The notes under the pieces were generated by a model. That model had not been told where the DNA came from and ran no database searches. It saw only the letters and a list, made by a program, of their open reading frames with translations. The translations under genes were made by a program, and so were the position numbers. Positions 1 through 11,071 of a DNA stretch of 64,000 nucleotides are shown here, piece after piece. This DNA is from Bacteroidia bacterium (lineage in GTDB: Bacteria > Bacteroidota > Bacteroidia > JANWJV01). Numbering within the stretch: the stretch's first letter is position 1; every line of letters starts with the position of its first letter. The stretch spans positions 1,136-65,135 of the forward strand of contig JANWJV010000001.1 of NCBI GenBank assembly GCA_025451785.1. Direction: 5' to 3'.

Positions 1-188
1 TCGCCGCTTGTTTCGGCATGAACGGTAGCTTCGTCGATAGCCGCTTTCGCCTTCGGAAGCTTGTCCAGTTCCTTGTACGAATAATATGCGTTCAGGTAAT
101 TGATGGCGCTCAGCCTCTTGTTGCTCTGGGCGCTTGCTGCTCCCGCGATGAAAAGCGCAAGCAGTAACATAGATGATCGTTTCATCAT
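1..188 (-). CDS. Partial (5' end) exported protein, probably the TPR protein usually found downstream of gyrA in Bacteroidota
   Basis: Own translation: MMKRSSMLLLALFIAGAASAQSNKRLSAINYLNAYYSYKELDKLPKAKAAIDEATVHAETSG..., with a signal peptide ending AASA-Q. Starts 31 bp after the gyrA stop and runs off the window edge. Confidence 0.7.
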   Translation of the reverse strand, partial: MMKRSSMLLLALFIAGAASAQSNKRLSAINYLNAYYSYKELDKLPKAKAAIDEATVHAETSG

Positions 189-219
189 GGTATTAACGTT
201 TAAGCCTGTGTTTTTATTG

Positions 220-2772
220 TCAGGATTCCGGCGTGGTATCAATTTCTGTTCCGTTCTCTTCACCGCCTTGTCCTTCTTCTTTACCTGTAGACGTTTCGCC
301 TTCCGTGTTTCCATACACTTCTTCGGTGCTTTCTTCAGCGATCTCCACTTTCGCAACGGCGGCAATTTCATCGTCATCGCGCAGGTTAATCAGCTTCACG
401 CCCTGCGATACCCTTCCGATAACGCGGAGGTCACATACCTTGAGGCGAATGGTGATGCCCGAGCGGGTAATGATCATAAGATCATCCTTATCGGTCACAT
501 CCTTAATGGCGATGAGCTCCCCTGTTTTGTCGGTGATATTGATCGTCTTCACACCCTTGCCGCCCCTGTTAGTAACGCGGTACTCTTCCAGGTCGGAACG
601 TTTTCCGAAACCCTTTGAAGCAACTACCAATACGTTGGTGGCAGGATCAGAAAGACAGATCATGCCGATCACTTCGTCTTTGGCACCGCCGAGTGTAATT
701 GCTTTTACACCACTGGCGTTCCTGCCCATGGGCCTTACTTTCTCTTCGGGGAAACGAACCGCTTTGCCCGACTTAAGGGCCATCATGATCTCGCTCTTTC
801 CGTTGGTAAGCCTTGCCTCCAGCAGTGTATCGCCGTCGCGTACCGTAATGGCGTTGATACCTCCCTGGCGCGGCCTTGAATAAGCCTCCAGCGTGGTCTT
901 CTTGATCACACCCTTCTTGGTGCACATTACGATGTAATTATTATTGAGATACTCAGCGTCGCTGAGGTTCTTCACATTGATATAGGCCTTCACCTTGTCA
1001 TCGGGAGGAATGTTGATGAGGTTTTGGATGGCTCTGCCCTTCGAAGCTTTGTTGCCTTCCGGCACTTCAAAGGCCCGCATCCAGAAACATCTTCCCTGTT
1101 CGGTGAACAGCATTAGGTAGTTGTGAGTGGAGGCCACGAACAAATGCTCCAGGAAATCCTCTTCCCTGGTGGTGGTGCCCTTCGCTCCTACCCCTCCCCT
1201 GCTTTGGGTACGGTATTCCGCCAGGGGAGTACGCTTAATATAGCCCATGTGGGAAATGGTGATCACCACCTCTTCGTTGGCGATCATATCTTCGATCCTG
1301 AAATCGCTCGCAGAATATACTATCTCTGTTTTGCGCCCGTCGCCGTATTTTGTTTTGATCTCCCTCAGCTCGTCCTTGATGATCTCCATGCGGAGAAGTT
1401 CGTCGGCGAGTACTTCTTTCAAATAGCTGATGAGTTCCATCAGGCTGTTGTATTCTTCCTTGATCTTGTCGCGCTCAAGGCCTGTCAGCACACGGAGACG
1501 CAGCTCCAGTACCGCCTTGGCCTGTATCTCGCTCATGCCGAAATTGCTCATCAGGCCGTCCTGCGCTGTTTGTGGCGTTGCCGATTCGCGGATAAGCTTG
1601 ATCACTTCGTCGAGGTGATCGAGAGCAATGAGATAGCCCTGCAGTATATGCGCTCTTTTTTCAGCCTGGTCAAGTTCATATTTCGCCCTGCGTATCACCA
1701 CGTCATGGCGGTGGTCAACAAAATACTTGATCAGGTCCTTAAGATTGAGCATCATCGGTCTGCCCGCTACCAGCGCGATGTTATTTACGCTGAAAGAGTT
1801 TTGAAGCTCAGTATATTTATAGAGGTTGTTTAATACCACGTTGGTAATAGCGTCCCTCTTCAGTTCGTACACGATGCGCATTCCGTCGCGGTCACTTTCG
1901 TCGCGTATATCGCTGATGCCTTCCAGTTTTTTATCATTCACGAGGTCGGCGGTCTTCTTGATCATTTCCGCCTTATTGATCTGGTAAGGAATTTCGGTAA
2001 CGATGATGCGTTCGCGGTCGTTAACGGTCTCGATATTGGTTTGGGCCCGCAGCACGATCCTGCCTTTGCCGGTCTCGAACGCATCTTTCACACCTTCGTA
2101 TCCGTAAATAGTTCCTCCTGTAGGGAAATCAGGCGCCTTTACATATTGCATGAGCCCTGCGATATCGATGTCGCGGTTATCGATGAAAGCGATGGTGGCA
2201 TCCACGATCTCGGTCAGGTTGTGAGGAGGCATGTTAGTAGCCATGCCCACGGCGATGCCTGAAGAGCCATTGATAAGCAGGTTGGGGATCCTTGCGGGAA
2301 GTACGGTGGGTTCATCCAGTGAATCATCGAAGTTAGGACGGAAGTCAACGGTCTCCTTATCGATATCGGCAAGCATCTCTTCAGCGATCTTCTGCAGCCT
2401 GGCTTCGGTATAACGCATCGCTGCGGGACTGTCGCCGTCAACGGAACCAAAGTTTCCCTGGCCGTCTACCAGCGGATAACGCAGGCTCCAGTGCTGGGCC
2501 ATACGCACCATGGTGTCGTAAACGGAAGTATCGCCGTGCGGGTGGTATTTACCGAGGACCTCCCCTACTATCCTTGCTGATTTTTTATAGGGCCTGTTGG
2601 AAAGTACACCAAGCTCCTGCATGCCATAAAGCACCCTGCGGTGCACCGGCTTTAGGCCGTCGCGTACATCGGGTAAGGCGCGCGATACGATCACCGACAT
2701 GGAATAGTCGATGTACGCGGCCTTCATTTCTTCTTCAATATTGATGGGAATGATCCTTTCTCCGTCTGCCAT
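220..2772 (-). CDS. gyrA: DNA gyrase subunit A
   Basis: [22 protein letters not shown], catalytic AAMRYTEA, GyrA-box-like QSRGGVG, C-terminal pinwheel repeats and acidic tail. Confidence 0.98.
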   Translation of the reverse strand: MADGERIIPINIEEEMKAAYIDYSMSVIVSRALPDVRDGLKPVHRRVLYGMQELGVLSNRPYKKSARIVGEVLGKYHPHGDTSVYDTMVRMAQHWSLRYPLVDGQGNFGSVDGDSPAAMRYTEARLQKIAEEMLADIDKETVDFRPNFDDSLDEPTVLPARIPNLLINGSSGIAVGMATNMPPHNLTEIVDATIAFIDNRDIDIAGLMQYVKAPDFPTGGTIYGYEGVKDAFETGKGRIVLRAQTNIETVNDRERIIVTEIPYQINKAEMIKKTADLVNDKKLEGISDIRDESDRDGMRIVYELKRDAITNVVLNNLYKYTELQNSFSVNNIALVAGRPMMLNLKDLIKYFVDHRHDVVIRRAKYELDQAEKRAHILQGYLIALDHLDEVIKLIRESATPQTAQDGLMSNFGMSEIQAKAVLELRLRVLTGLERDKIKEEYNSLMELISYLKEVLADELLRMEIIKDELREIKTKYGDGRKTEIVYSASDFRIEDMIANEEVVITISHMGYIKRTPLAEYRTQSRGGVGAKGTTTREEDFLEHLFVASTHNYLMLFTEQGRCFWMRAFEVPEGNKASKGRAIQNLINIPPDDKVKAYINVKNLSDAEYLNNNYIVMCTKKGVIKKTTLEAYSRPRQGGINAITVRDGDTLLEARLTNGKSEIMMALKSGKAVRFPEEKVRPMGRNASGVKAITLGGAKDEVIGMICLSDPATNVLVVASKGFGKRSDLEEYRVTNRGGKGVKTINITDKTGELIAIKDVTDKDDLMIITRSGITIRLKVCDLRVIGRVSQGVKLINLRDDDEIAAVAKVEIAEESTEEVYGNTEGETSTGKEEGQGGEENGTEIDTTPES

Positions 2773-2960
2773 GTTATTTTGTCAGTTTAGCTTGGGTTTT
2801 GCATAATAATTGATGTCCTTTTCAAGGCCACCGAAGATACCCATAAATCAAAAACTGGTAAGGCTTTAAAGGGCTATAATTATTAACATTTTCAGGCTTT
2901 ATTAACATTTTCTGGTTAAAAAAAATGAAGAGGCTTGTGAAACGTCTGATAAACACTCCT

Positions 2961-2968
2961 TACCTTTG
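2961..2968 (+). promoter_or_regulatory. Bacteroidota sigmaA -7 element for clpC
   Basis: TACCTTTG matches TAnnTTTG, 76 bp upstream of the clpC ATG. Confidence 0.55.
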
Positions 2969-3044
2969 AGAATTATATATTATTGTTTAACTTTATAAAT
3001 GTCTTGATTCCACAAACCCCAGATACACAAAACTAAAACAGTAT

Positions 3045-5582
3045 ATGGAAGCAAAATTCTCACCCAGAGTTAAAGACGTGATCGCGTTCAGCCGCGAGGA
3101 AGCCTTGCGCCTCGGACACGATTACATCGGCACCGAGCATTTGCTTCTCGGTATCATCAGGGAAGGCGAAGGCACCGCTGTCAAGCTCCTCAAATCATTG
3201 GAGGTAGATATGGCAGAGCTCCGAAAGGCCATCGAGCAAAGCATCACCACCACCTCTAAGAAGGTGGTCAATCTCGGAAACATTCCGCTCATCAAACAGG
3301 CGGAGCGCGCGCTCAAGATCACCTATCTTGAGGCGAAGCTCTTCAAAAGCCCTGTGATCGGTACCGAACACTTGCTGCTTTCTATCCTTAAGGATGAAGA
3401 TAACATCGCTACCAAAGCGCTCAAGAAGTTTAAGGTGGATTACGATGTGCTAAAACAAGAGCTCGAGCTTTTTAATGCTGATCCCAAAGCAGAGTTCCCC
3501 GGCAGTCCTACCGACGATGACAGCGATGACGACGCAGGAACATTCGGTGCCAGCTCCAAAAAAGTGGCGGACTCCAAATCAAAGACACCAGTGCTCGATA
3601 ATTTCGGAAGGGACCTTACCAAGGCCGCTGAAGAAGGCAAGCTCGATCCCATTGTGGGAAGGGAAAAAGAGATCGAGCGTGTTTCACAGATCCTCTCCCG
3701 CAGAAAGAAGAACAACCCCATCCTTATTGGTGAGCCCGGCGTAGGTAAATCGGCGATCGCCGAAGGCCTCGCTCTGCGCATTGTGCAGCGCAAGGTTTCG
3801 AGGGTGTTGTTCAATAAACGTGTTGTTACACTTGACCTCGCTTCTCTCGTTGCCGGCACTAAATACAGGGGCCAGTTCGAAGAGCGTATGAAAGCGGTGA
3901 TGAACGAGCTCGAGAAATCACCTGATGTGATCCTCTTCATCGACGAGATACATACCATTATTGGCGCAGGCGGCGCTTCCGGTTCGCTTGACGCGTCCAA
4001 TATGTTCAAGCCCGCCCTTGCCCGCGGGGAGATACAATGCATCGGTGCTACTACCCTCGACGAGTACAGGCAGTACATTGAGAAGGACGGCGCCCTCGAA
4101 AGGCGTTTCCAGAAAGTGATCGTTGAGCCTACTTCACCCGAAGAAACGCTCGAGATCCTCAAGAACATCAAAGAGAAATACGAGGACCATCACAATGTGT
4201 TATATACTGACGATGCCCTTAAGGCTTGCGTGAACCTTACTACCCGTTACATCAGCGACCGTCATTTGCCTGACAAGGCTATCGACGCGATGGACGAAGC
4301 CGGCTCACGTGTGCACATCACCAATATCAACGTTCCGAAGAATATCCTGGAGATCGAAAAAAAGATCGAAGAGATAAAAGAAGAGAAGAACAAAGTGGTG
4401 CGCAGCCAGAAATATGAAGAGGCCGCCAAGCTGAGAGATACCGAAAGGCAATTGCTCGAGCAGCTGGAAACGGCTAAGAAGGCCTGGGAAGAAGAGACCA
4501 AAGTTCACCGTGAGACCGTGTCAGAAGACAATGTGGCCGAAGTGGTGGCCATGATGACAGGCGTTCCTGTTCAGCGTATCGCGCAGAACGAGAGCAACCG
4601 CCTGGTGAAGATGTACGAGGAGCTGAAAGGCAAGGTGATCGGCCAGGACGAAGCGATCAAGAAAGTGGTGAAGGCCATCCAGCGTAACCGCGCGGGACTT
4701 AAAGACCCGAGCAAGCCTATCGGCTCGTTCATTTTCCTTGGTCCTACCGGCGTTGGTAAAACCCAATTGGCCAAGATACTTTCCAAATATCTGTTCGATA
4801 ACGACGATGCGCTGATACGTATCGATATGAGCGAATACATGGAGAAGTTCGCGGTGTCACGCCTGGTGGGCGCGCCTCCCGGATATGTAGGTTATGAAGA
4901 AGGCGGACAGCTTACTGAGAAAGTAAGAAGGCGCCCCTACTCTGTGATCCTCCTCGACGAGATCGAAAAGGCACACCCTGATGTGTTCAACCTGCTGCTG
5001 CAGGCGCTCGACGACGGGCAGCTGACCGACAGCCTTGGAAGAAAGGTGGATTTCAAGAACACCATCATTATCATGACCTCGAACATCGGTTCACGCCAGC
5101 TCAAGGATTTCGGACAAGGCGTAGGCTTTGCCACCAATGCCAAGGTGAACTCCGCCGATGATCATACCAAAGGTGTTATTGAGAACGCGCTGAAAAAAGC
5201 CTTTGCCCCTGAGTTCCTGAACAGGATCGACGACGTGATCCTGTTTAACTCGCTCAGCCGTGAAGACATCCACAGCATTATTGACATCGAACTTGACAAG
5301 CTTTATAACCGCATCAACAATCTCGGCTATACCATTAAGCTTACTGAGGAAGCCAAGGATTTTATTGTGGAAAAGGGCTACGACTCGCAGTTCGGCGCAA
5401 GGCCGCTGAAACGAGCCATCCAAAAATACCTGGAAGATCCGCTCGCTGAAGAGATAATTCGTTCCGGTGTGGTAGAAGGCGATGTGATAGAGGCCGGCTT
5501 CGATAAGGAGAAGCAGGAGATCACCATGAAGGTTGTGAAGCCCAAGGCTAAGAAAGACAAGAAGGACAAGAAGGAAGAATAA
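3045..5582 (+). CDS. clpC: ATP-dependent Clp protease ATP-binding subunit (ClpC type)
   Basis: Two Clp-N repeats (GTEHLLL), Walker A GEPGVGKS and GPTGVGKT, short UVR-type middle coiled coil (QKYEEAAKLRD), GARPLKR sensor motif. Confidence 0.95.
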   Translation: MEAKFSPRVKDVIAFSREEALRLGHDYIGTEHLLLGIIREGEGTAVKLLKSLEVDMAELRKAIEQSITTTSKKVVNLGNIPLIKQAERALKITYLEAKLFKSPVIGTEHLLLSILKDEDNIATKALKKFKVDYDVLKQELELFNADPKAEFPGSPTDDDSDDDAGTFGASSKKVADSKSKTPVLDNFGRDLTKAAEEGKLDPIVGREKEIERVSQILSRRKKNNPILIGEPGVGKSAIAEGLALRIVQRKVSRVLFNKRVVTLDLASLVAGTKYRGQFEERMKAVMNELEKSPDVILFIDEIHTIIGAGGASGSLDASNMFKPALARGEIQCIGATTLDEYRQYIEKDGALERRFQKVIVEPTSPEETLEILKNIKEKYEDHHNVLYTDDALKACVNLTTRYISDRHLPDKAIDAMDEAGSRVHITNINVPKNILEIEKKIEEIKEEKNKVVRSQKYEEAAKLRDTERQLLEQLETAKKAWEEETKVHRETVSEDNVAEVVAMMTGVPVQRIAQNESNRLVKMYEELKGKVIGQDEAIKKVVKAIQRNRAGLKDPSKPIGSFIFLGPTGVGKTQLAKILSKYLFDNDDALIRIDMSEYMEKFAVSRLVGAPPGYVGYEEGGQLTEKVRRRPYSVILLDEIEKAHPDVFNLLLQALDDGQLTDSLGRKVDFKNTIIIMTSNIGSRQLKDFGQGVGFATNAKVNSADDHTKGVIENALKKAFAPEFLNRIDDVILFNSLSREDIHSIIDIELDKLYNRINNLGYTIKLTEEAKDFIVEKGYDSQFGARPLKRAIQKYLEDPLAEEIIRSGVVEGDVIEAGFDKEKQEITMKVVKPKAKKDKKDKKEE

Positions 5583-5603
5583 GATTCAAGGAGATCACAA
5601 TAC

Positions 5604-5635
5604 AACCCTGTAGCGTTATGCTGCAGGGTTTTTTA
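5604..5635 (+). terminator. Intrinsic terminator after clpC, possibly bidirectional
   Basis: AACCCTGTAGC-gttat-GCTGCAGGGTT followed by a T run, between convergent genes. Confidence 0.8.
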
Positions 5636-6310
5636 TTGCTTGATGGGGTTGTTGGTGCCGTCGCCCGACTTCTTACGCTTGGAGAAGCCATAGAAGAACC
5701 CAAAGCCGAAATCAAGATACGTAGTGGGCCCGCCAAGTTCATAATCCCTGTAGGGCTTGTGGTCGTTCAGGCAAAGGAAATAAGGGTCGAAGGCTTTATC
5801 CATCATGTAATAAGATACATTGATGCCGATCGCGAAATTACTTTCGATATAAAAGTTCATGATCAGCTCCGGCTCAATGAAGTTGGCTTTGTAGCTAAAG
5901 GCATGGTCGGCCGGTGTATAACACGATACAGCCGCGAAGTTGGTCCAGGTAACTCCCCCGTTGATCGCCATGGTAAGAAATGCCTTATTGCCTACATACC
6001 AATCGTAGCCTATCTTTCCCCCAGCGGAATACATCTCCATGGTGGTCTTCAGGTTGGGGATCTTGTTAGGCGGTATCTTCAGCAGGCTGGCCTTTCCCAT
6101 TCCACCGGCGAAAAATCCCCCATAATAGTTGTAGCATACAGAACCGTTGATGTCGAATACGCCAACGAACGTTTTGGTGAAGGCCCGGTTTACAATGGGC
6201 GAAGGCACCGAACAGGTGGCCCTTGCGTTTAACTTATGCTTGGGCTCTGATTGAGCAAAACAAGAGGCAGAAAGAAGAAAAAGACAAATGATTCCGGGAA
6301 CTCGCTTCAT
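5633..6310 (-). CDS. Exported hypothetical protein, probable outer-membrane beta-barrel
   Basis: Signal peptide (ASCFA-Q), alternating aromatic/Gly beta-strand pattern, terminal strand YLDFGFGFFYGF. Confidence 0.7.
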   Translation of the reverse strand: MKRVPGIICLFLLSASCFAQSEPKHKLNARATCSVPSPIVNRAFTKTFVGVFDINGSVCYNYYGGFFAGGMGKASLLKIPPNKIPNLKTTMEMYSAGGKIGYDWYVGNKAFLTMAINGGVTWTNFAAVSCYTPADHAFSYKANFIEPELIMNFYIESNFAIGINVSYYMMDKAFDPYFLCLNDHKPYRDYELGGPTTYLDFGFGFFYGFSKRKKSGDGTNNPIKQ

Positions 6311-6365
6311 ATCTTCTCTGTTGGGGGCTTTATTACCAGACGCAGCACCGTTCGCAAAGGTTGCT

Positions 6366-7175
6366 TTACGCTGAGAACTTTGCCATGGCTTCCATGCTTA
6401 CTCCGGTGGTGGAGTATCCCCCATCGTGGTACAGGTTCTGCATGGTTACCATGCGGGTAAGGTCGGAGAACATGGTAATGCAGTAATCGGCGCATGACTC
6501 GGCGCTTGCGTTGCCAAGAGGTGACAGCGTATCGGCGAAATTGAAAAAATCGTCGAAACCCTTAATGCCGCTACCCGCAGTGGTGCGTGTAGGCGACTGT
6601 GATACTGAATTGACACGCACCTTGTTCTTCTTGCCATAATGATATCCGAAACTTCGTACGATGGATTCGAGCATGGCTTTGGCTTCTGCCATATCATTAT
6701 AAAAAGGATAAGCGCGCTGTGCGGCGATATACGAAAGCGCTACTACACTGCCTCCGGCGCTGAGCGCATCCTGTTTCCAGGCTACGCTCATCATCTTGTG
6801 TAGCGACATTGCTGAAACATCCAATGACTTGGCGTAGAAATCGTAATTAAGTTCTGAGTAGGGAATGTTCTTGCGTACGTTGGGCGACATACCGATAGAG
6901 TGAAGCACGAAATCGATCTTGCCCCCCAGCACCTCCTGTGACTTTGTAAAAAGGTTGCTGAGCTCGTCCATTGAGGTGGCGTCGGCCGGCACTATTTCGG
7001 AGCCGCAGGCCTCCGCCAGTTTCTTGATCTCTCCCATGCGCATGGCGATGGGCGCGTTGGTAAGTACGAACTTAGCCCCCTGCGCATGCGCTCTTTCCGC
7101 CACTTTCCATGCGATAGAGCTTGAGTCGAGCGCACCCGATATAATGCCTCTTTTTCCCTTTAACAGATCGTTCAT
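6366..7175 (-). CDS. fabI: Enoyl-ACP reductase (NADH)
   Basis: GALDSSSIAW, DFVLHSIGMS, catalytic YNDMAEAK, QNLYHDGG. TATATTTG -7 box at 7201-7208 on the minus strand. Confidence 0.92.
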   Translation of the reverse strand: MNDLLKGKRGIISGALDSSSIAWKVAERAHAQGAKFVLTNAPIAMRMGEIKKLAEACGSEIVPADATSMDELSNLFTKSQEVLGGKIDFVLHSIGMSPNVRKNIPYSELNYDFYAKSLDVSAMSLHKMMSVAWKQDALSAGGSVVALSYIAAQRAYPFYNDMAEAKAMLESIVRSFGYHYGKKNKVRVNSVSQSPTRTTAGSGIKGFDDFFNFADTLSPLGNASAESCADYCITMFSDLTRMVTMQNLYHDGGYSTTGVSMEAMAKFSA

Positions 7176-7228
7176 AAACTTGAGTTTGTTTAGTACAGAA
7201 CAAATATATCATCTTTTGTTATTCGCTA

Positions 7229-8884
7229 CTATCCCTCCAGGAGTTCCCTGGCGTTTCGCAGGGCAGCCTCCGAGGGTTTCCCTGAACTTAGAAGGCGCGC
7301 GATCTCTTCTACACGTTCGTTCCTGGCAAGCTCCCTGAAGCGGGTGAAGGTCTTCCCTCCTTTCTCTTCCTTGTAAACGTAGAGGTGCGAAGCCGCGAGG
7401 CCCGCGATCTGCGGAAGGTGGCTGATGCTGATCACCTGCATGGTGCCTGCCATTTTACGCATGATCTCCCCTGCCCTGCCGGCGGTTGACCCGCTGATAC
7501 CTGTGTCGATCTCATCGAAGATAACGGTGGGAAGCAATGAAGAACGGGCGATGAGCGATTTGAGCGCCAGCATGAGCCTCGATAGCTCACCACCCGAAGC
7601 GATCTTCTGTATTTCTTTTGGGGCGGCGCCCTTATTTGCGGAGAACAGGAAAGACACGCGGTCGATCCCATCGGGTCCGGGTGTGTCCAGTACTTCGTTC
7701 ACAATTTCCAGGCGTCCTGAAGGCATCGCGAGATCAGCAAGCAGCATAGACACTTCTTTCTCGATCAGGGGTATTGTTTTTGCCCGGCGGGCTGAAAGAA
7801 GTTTCGCCTTGGCAGCCATTGCTTCTTCGAGCTCATCGATGGCCGTGTTGGCCTTTTTAATGTCTGTTTCAAGTGAGCTGATGCCCAGCAATTTTTCGCT
7901 TATATCTTCTCTGATCTTTAAAAGTTCTTCCACCGTTTTTACCTGGTGTTTGTGCTGAAGCCTGTAAAGAGCGTCGAGTTGCGCGTTCAGGTCGCTGATG
8001 CGTTTAGGATCGTAGTTAACAGCGCTTTCAGAATTGCTCGTTTCATTGGAGAGGTCCTTTAGTTCCAACAGCAGGCTGTTCAACCGGTCATGCAGGCCGT
8101 TAAAAGTGGCCCCGTATTTTGAGATACCGGCCAATAACAGTTTTACTTCCTTCATTACGGTAAGCAAGCTACCCTCTCCCCCATCCATGGCATTAGTGGC
8201 GCGCGATAGCGCTTCTTTTATTTTCTCCGCATTGTTGAGGGTGGAAAGTTCTTCCTCCATTTCCTCCTGCGATACACCCGAGAGCCCTGCGCTGTCTAAT
8301 TCCTGGAACTGGAACTGGAGGTAGTCCAGGTCCTTGCGGCTTTGGGCTTCTTTCGTGAGCAGGAGCTCCAGCTCCAATCGCTGGCGCTTGTATTCCTTAT
8401 GGTCTTTGCGATATCCTTCCAGCAGCTTTTCCTGCTGCGCCATGGCGTCGATCACCGAAAGCTGGAAAGCGGAGTCGTTGAGCGAAAGTGTTTCATGCTG
8501 TGAGTGAATATCAATGAGGCGTAAGCCGAGCTCCTTTAGCAGCGCCAGGTTCACCGGGCTGTCGTTGATGAAGGCCCTTGATTTTCCTTCGCTGCTTATC
8601 TCCCGGCGCAGGATGGTCTCCTCCTGGTATTCGAGCTCACGTTCTTGGAAGAATTTTTTGAGATCGTGTTTGCGGATATCGAACACTCCTTCTATCACGC
8701 ATTTGTTCTTGCGGTCATACAGCGACTGCGTATCCGCCCGCTCTCCCAACACCAGGCCCAACGCTCCCAGCAGCACCGATTTGCCCGCGCCGGTCTCGCC
8801 GGTGATAATGGTAAAACCATTGCCGAAAGCGATCTCAGCACGGTCGATGAGCGCATAGTTCTGTACGCAGAGTAGTTTGAGCAT
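7229..8884 (-). CDS. recN: DNA repair protein RecN
   Basis: Walker A TGETGAGKS, IDIHSQH, long coiled coil, signature ASGGELSR, Walker B IFDEID, ISHLPQIA. Confidence 0.97.
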   Translation of the reverse strand: MLKLLCVQNYALIDRAEIAFGNGFTIITGETGAGKSVLLGALGLVLGERADTQSLYDRKNKCVIEGVFDIRKHDLKKFFQERELEYQEETILRREISSEGKSRAFINDSPVNLALLKELGLRLIDIHSQHETLSLNDSAFQLSVIDAMAQQEKLLEGYRKDHKEYKRQRLELELLLTKEAQSRKDLDYLQFQFQELDSAGLSGVSQEEMEEELSTLNNAEKIKEALSRATNAMDGGEGSLLTVMKEVKLLLAGISKYGATFNGLHDRLNSLLLELKDLSNETSNSESAVNYDPKRISDLNAQLDALYRLQHKHQVKTVEELLKIREDISEKLLGISSLETDIKKANTAIDELEEAMAAKAKLLSARRAKTIPLIEKEVSMLLADLAMPSGRLEIVNEVLDTPGPDGIDRVSFLFSANKGAAPKEIQKIASGGELSRLMLALKSLIARSSLLPTVIFDEIDTGISGSTAGRAGEIMRKMAGTMQVISISHLPQIAGLAASHLYVYKEEKGGKTFTRFRELARNERVEEIARLLSSGKPSEAALRNARELLEG

Positions 8885-8936
8885 TCCGGTTAAAATTCCG
8901 GAATAAAAATAATATTAAATGGGATATTAAAAGAGA

Positions 8937-9842
8937 TTAATTACCAGAGGCAAGTATCTTTTGATACTTATTGCTGTTGGCGGGGTCTATCTCGTCGAGG
9001 AGGTTCACCACCTTGTTCTTCTCCTCAGTGAACGACTGTGAGAAGATATTGATGATCTCTGTGGCTTTGGCCTCAAAGAAAAGCTGCATGTTGAAGGAGA
9101 GCGGTTTCACCTGGTGCACCTTGCGAAGCAGCTCAAGGCTTTCGGCGATGGCCTGCCTGCCGGTCTCTTTTGTGTTTTGCATGAGGTCGAGGCCCAGGCG
9201 GTGATATTTATACATGCACTCGCGCATGGGCGAAAAGGCCGGGCTGAGCATGTTCTCCATGTACCAGTAGCGGTTGCGTGTGCCTTCGTAGGCCTTCCAG
9301 CCTTTCTCCTGCGCGTTTTGGGCGTTGTTCACAATGGTCTGCGCCTTCTGGAAATAGGGGGTTCCGCCATTGAGCGAAAAAGTATCGTAATCGAGGCCAA
9401 GCACCACGTACACATAATAAGCAAGTGTTGAGGTAAGGTTTGAAACGAAAGTAGCTTCCGAATAATCGAGCGATTGTGATTCGATGTATTTGAACTGGAA
9501 CTCATCATCAAGGTAATTCAGGATCGGCGAAGGATAAGAGGTTTTGTAGGCAGGCCTGCGTGAGATCACCTGCAGGGTGGCCTTGAACTCATCCACCGAA
9601 AGTTTCTCAGTAATGTTGATAATGAAAGTGCATTCTATCTTTTCGCTCGGCTGAAAGGTTTCCTTGGTCCATTTGGTATTGTTCACAAATTCGTAAATGG
9701 ATTTCTGGAGCGCGTCGAAGATCACCTTGTCGGTCTGCCCCTGTATCTGGGGCGAAAGCACCTGTACTGTGCAGTTCAGCTCCTGGGCGGGAGCTAATCC
9801 CGCCAGAAGGATGATCATGAGGAGCGACAGGGCCTTACGCAT
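8937..9842 (-). CDS. porD: DUF4835 family / type IX secretion protein PorD
   Basis: Signal peptide then QELNCTVQV, GLDYDTFS.NGG, YHRLGLD, EIDPAN. Conserved position between coaBC and recN. Confidence 0.8.
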   Translation of the reverse strand: MRKALSLLMIILLAGLAPAQELNCTVQVLSPQIQGQTDKVIFDALQKSIYEFVNNTKWTKETFQPSEKIECTFIINITEKLSVDEFKATLQVISRRPAYKTSYPSPILNYLDDEFQFKYIESQSLDYSEATFVSNLTSTLAYYVYVVLGLDYDTFSLNGGTPYFQKAQTIVNNAQNAQEKGWKAYEGTRNRYWYMENMLSPAFSPMRECMYKYHRLGLDLMQNTKETGRQAIAESLELLRKVHQVKPLSFNMQLFFEAKATEIINIFSQSFTEEKNKVVNLLDEIDPANSNKYQKILASGN

Positions 9843-11043
9843 GTTTGATCTTCTTAATTATTTCCAAGACGATGTCCTTTGCGACAAGTTGCTTCGTCTT
9901 GAGGTCAAAATTAAGGGTTTTATTGTTTTTATCAAGAATGCTCACCTTATTTGAGTCGCCGCTGAATCCCGCCCCTTTTTGCCTCAATGAATTGAGCACT
10001 ATCATGTCGAGGTTCTTCTTTCTTAGCTTTTCCTTTGCGTTGGCTACCTCATTGTCGGTTTCAAGCGCAAAGCCAACGAGCAATTGTTTTTTTGTCTTTC
10101 TCTTGCCCAGTTCTGCGGCAATGTCCTTTGTCTTTACAAGTGCGATCTCAGGTACTTTCCCTTCTTTTTTCTTGATCTTTTTCGCGGAGGCTTTTTCAGG
10201 CCTGAAGTCGGCCACAGCGGCGGCAAGAATGGCAATATCGGTATTCTTAAAAGTCCCCGCCGCAGCCTGGTACATTTCTTCGGCGCTGGTCACATCAATG
10301 CGTTTGATACTCTTGTTCCTGAGCTCCAACTGGTTGGGGCCGCACACAAGTGTAACGAAGGCTCCTGCGGCTGCAAGTTCCTCTGCCAGCGCAAAGCCCA
10401 TCTTTCCGGAAGAATGATTGCCGATAAAGCGAACAGGGTCAATGGCTTCGTAGGTGGGGCCGGCTGTTACGAGCGCCGATCTACCAGCGAGCGGAAGTTT
10501 TTTTTTTAAGGAAGTCCTCAGGAAGTCCATGATCTCCTCCGGTTCAGCCATGCGTCCTTCGCCGTATAAACCGCTTGCCAATTCCCCATCGCCGGGAGGT
10601 ATAATGGTATTACTGAAAGAGGATAGTTTTTTCAGGTTGGCCAATGTGCTGGGATGTTTGTACATATCGGCATCCATGGCAGGCGCCAGGTACACAGGGC
10701 AGCGTGCCGAGAGATAGGTAGCCATAAGGAGGTTGTCGCAGGCACCGCTGGCCATTTTTGCGATGGTGTTGGCTGAAGCCGGGGCTATCAGGAGGAGGTC
10801 GGCCCAAAGGCCCAGTTCCACATGGTTGTTCCACTCCCCTGTTTTACCCTTGGTGAATTCGGTGAGCACGGGATGCCTGGAAAGTGTGCTGAGTGTAAGC
10901 GGCGTGATAAAATCGTGAGCGGCGGGTGTCATGATCACACGCACTTCCGCCCCTTCTTTCACAAGAAGACGTAACAGAAAAGCCGCTTTATAAGCAGCGA
11001 TGCTGGCGGTAACACCGAGGATGATCTTTTTTCCGTTGAGCAC
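9835..11043 (-). CDS. coaBC: Bifunctional phosphopantothenoylcysteine decarboxylase / phosphopantothenate-cysteine ligase
   Basis: SIAAYKA, APASANT, APAM, GRMAEP, TAGPTYEAIDPVRFIGNHSSGKMG, AAVADF, VGFALET. GTG start. Confidence 0.97.
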   Translation of the reverse strand: MLNGKKIILGVTASIAAYKAAFLLRLLVKEGAEVRVIMTPAAHDFITPLTLSTLSRHPVLTEFTKGKTGEWNNHVELGLWADLLLIAPASANTIAKMASGACDNLLMATYLSARCPVYLAPAMDADMYKHPSTLANLKKLSSFSNTIIPPGDGELASGLYGEGRMAEPEEIMDFLRTSLKKKLPLAGRSALVTAGPTYEAIDPVRFIGNHSSGKMGFALAEELAAAGAFVTLVCGPNQLELRNKSIKRIDVTSAEEMYQAAAGTFKNTDIAILAAAVADFRPEKASAKKIKKKEGKVPEIALVKTKDIAAELGKRKTKKQLLVGFALETDNEVANAKEKLRKKNLDMIVLNSLRQKGAGFSGDSNKVSILDKNNKTLNFDLKTKQLVAKDIVLEIIKKIKHA

Positions 11044-11071
11044 GGCCGACGGAATTCAGGAAATGAAAAGC

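Noticed and set aside
2773..3044. gyrA-clpC intergenic region as oriC
   Set aside because: Only two imperfect DnaA-like boxes in a short divergent promoter region. GC skew cannot be assessed from this window.
5618..6232. 204-aa plus-strand ORF opposite the beta-barrel-like gene
   Set aside because: It starts inside the clpC terminator. The minus-strand ORF has a signal peptide and continues the fabI direction.
8883..8904. ATTCCGG-N8-CCGGAAT inverted repeat over the recN start, as an SOS box
   Set aside because: The arms are only 7 bp, and the spacing does not fit the GGA-N5-TCC motif I recall for Bacteroidota SOS repressors.
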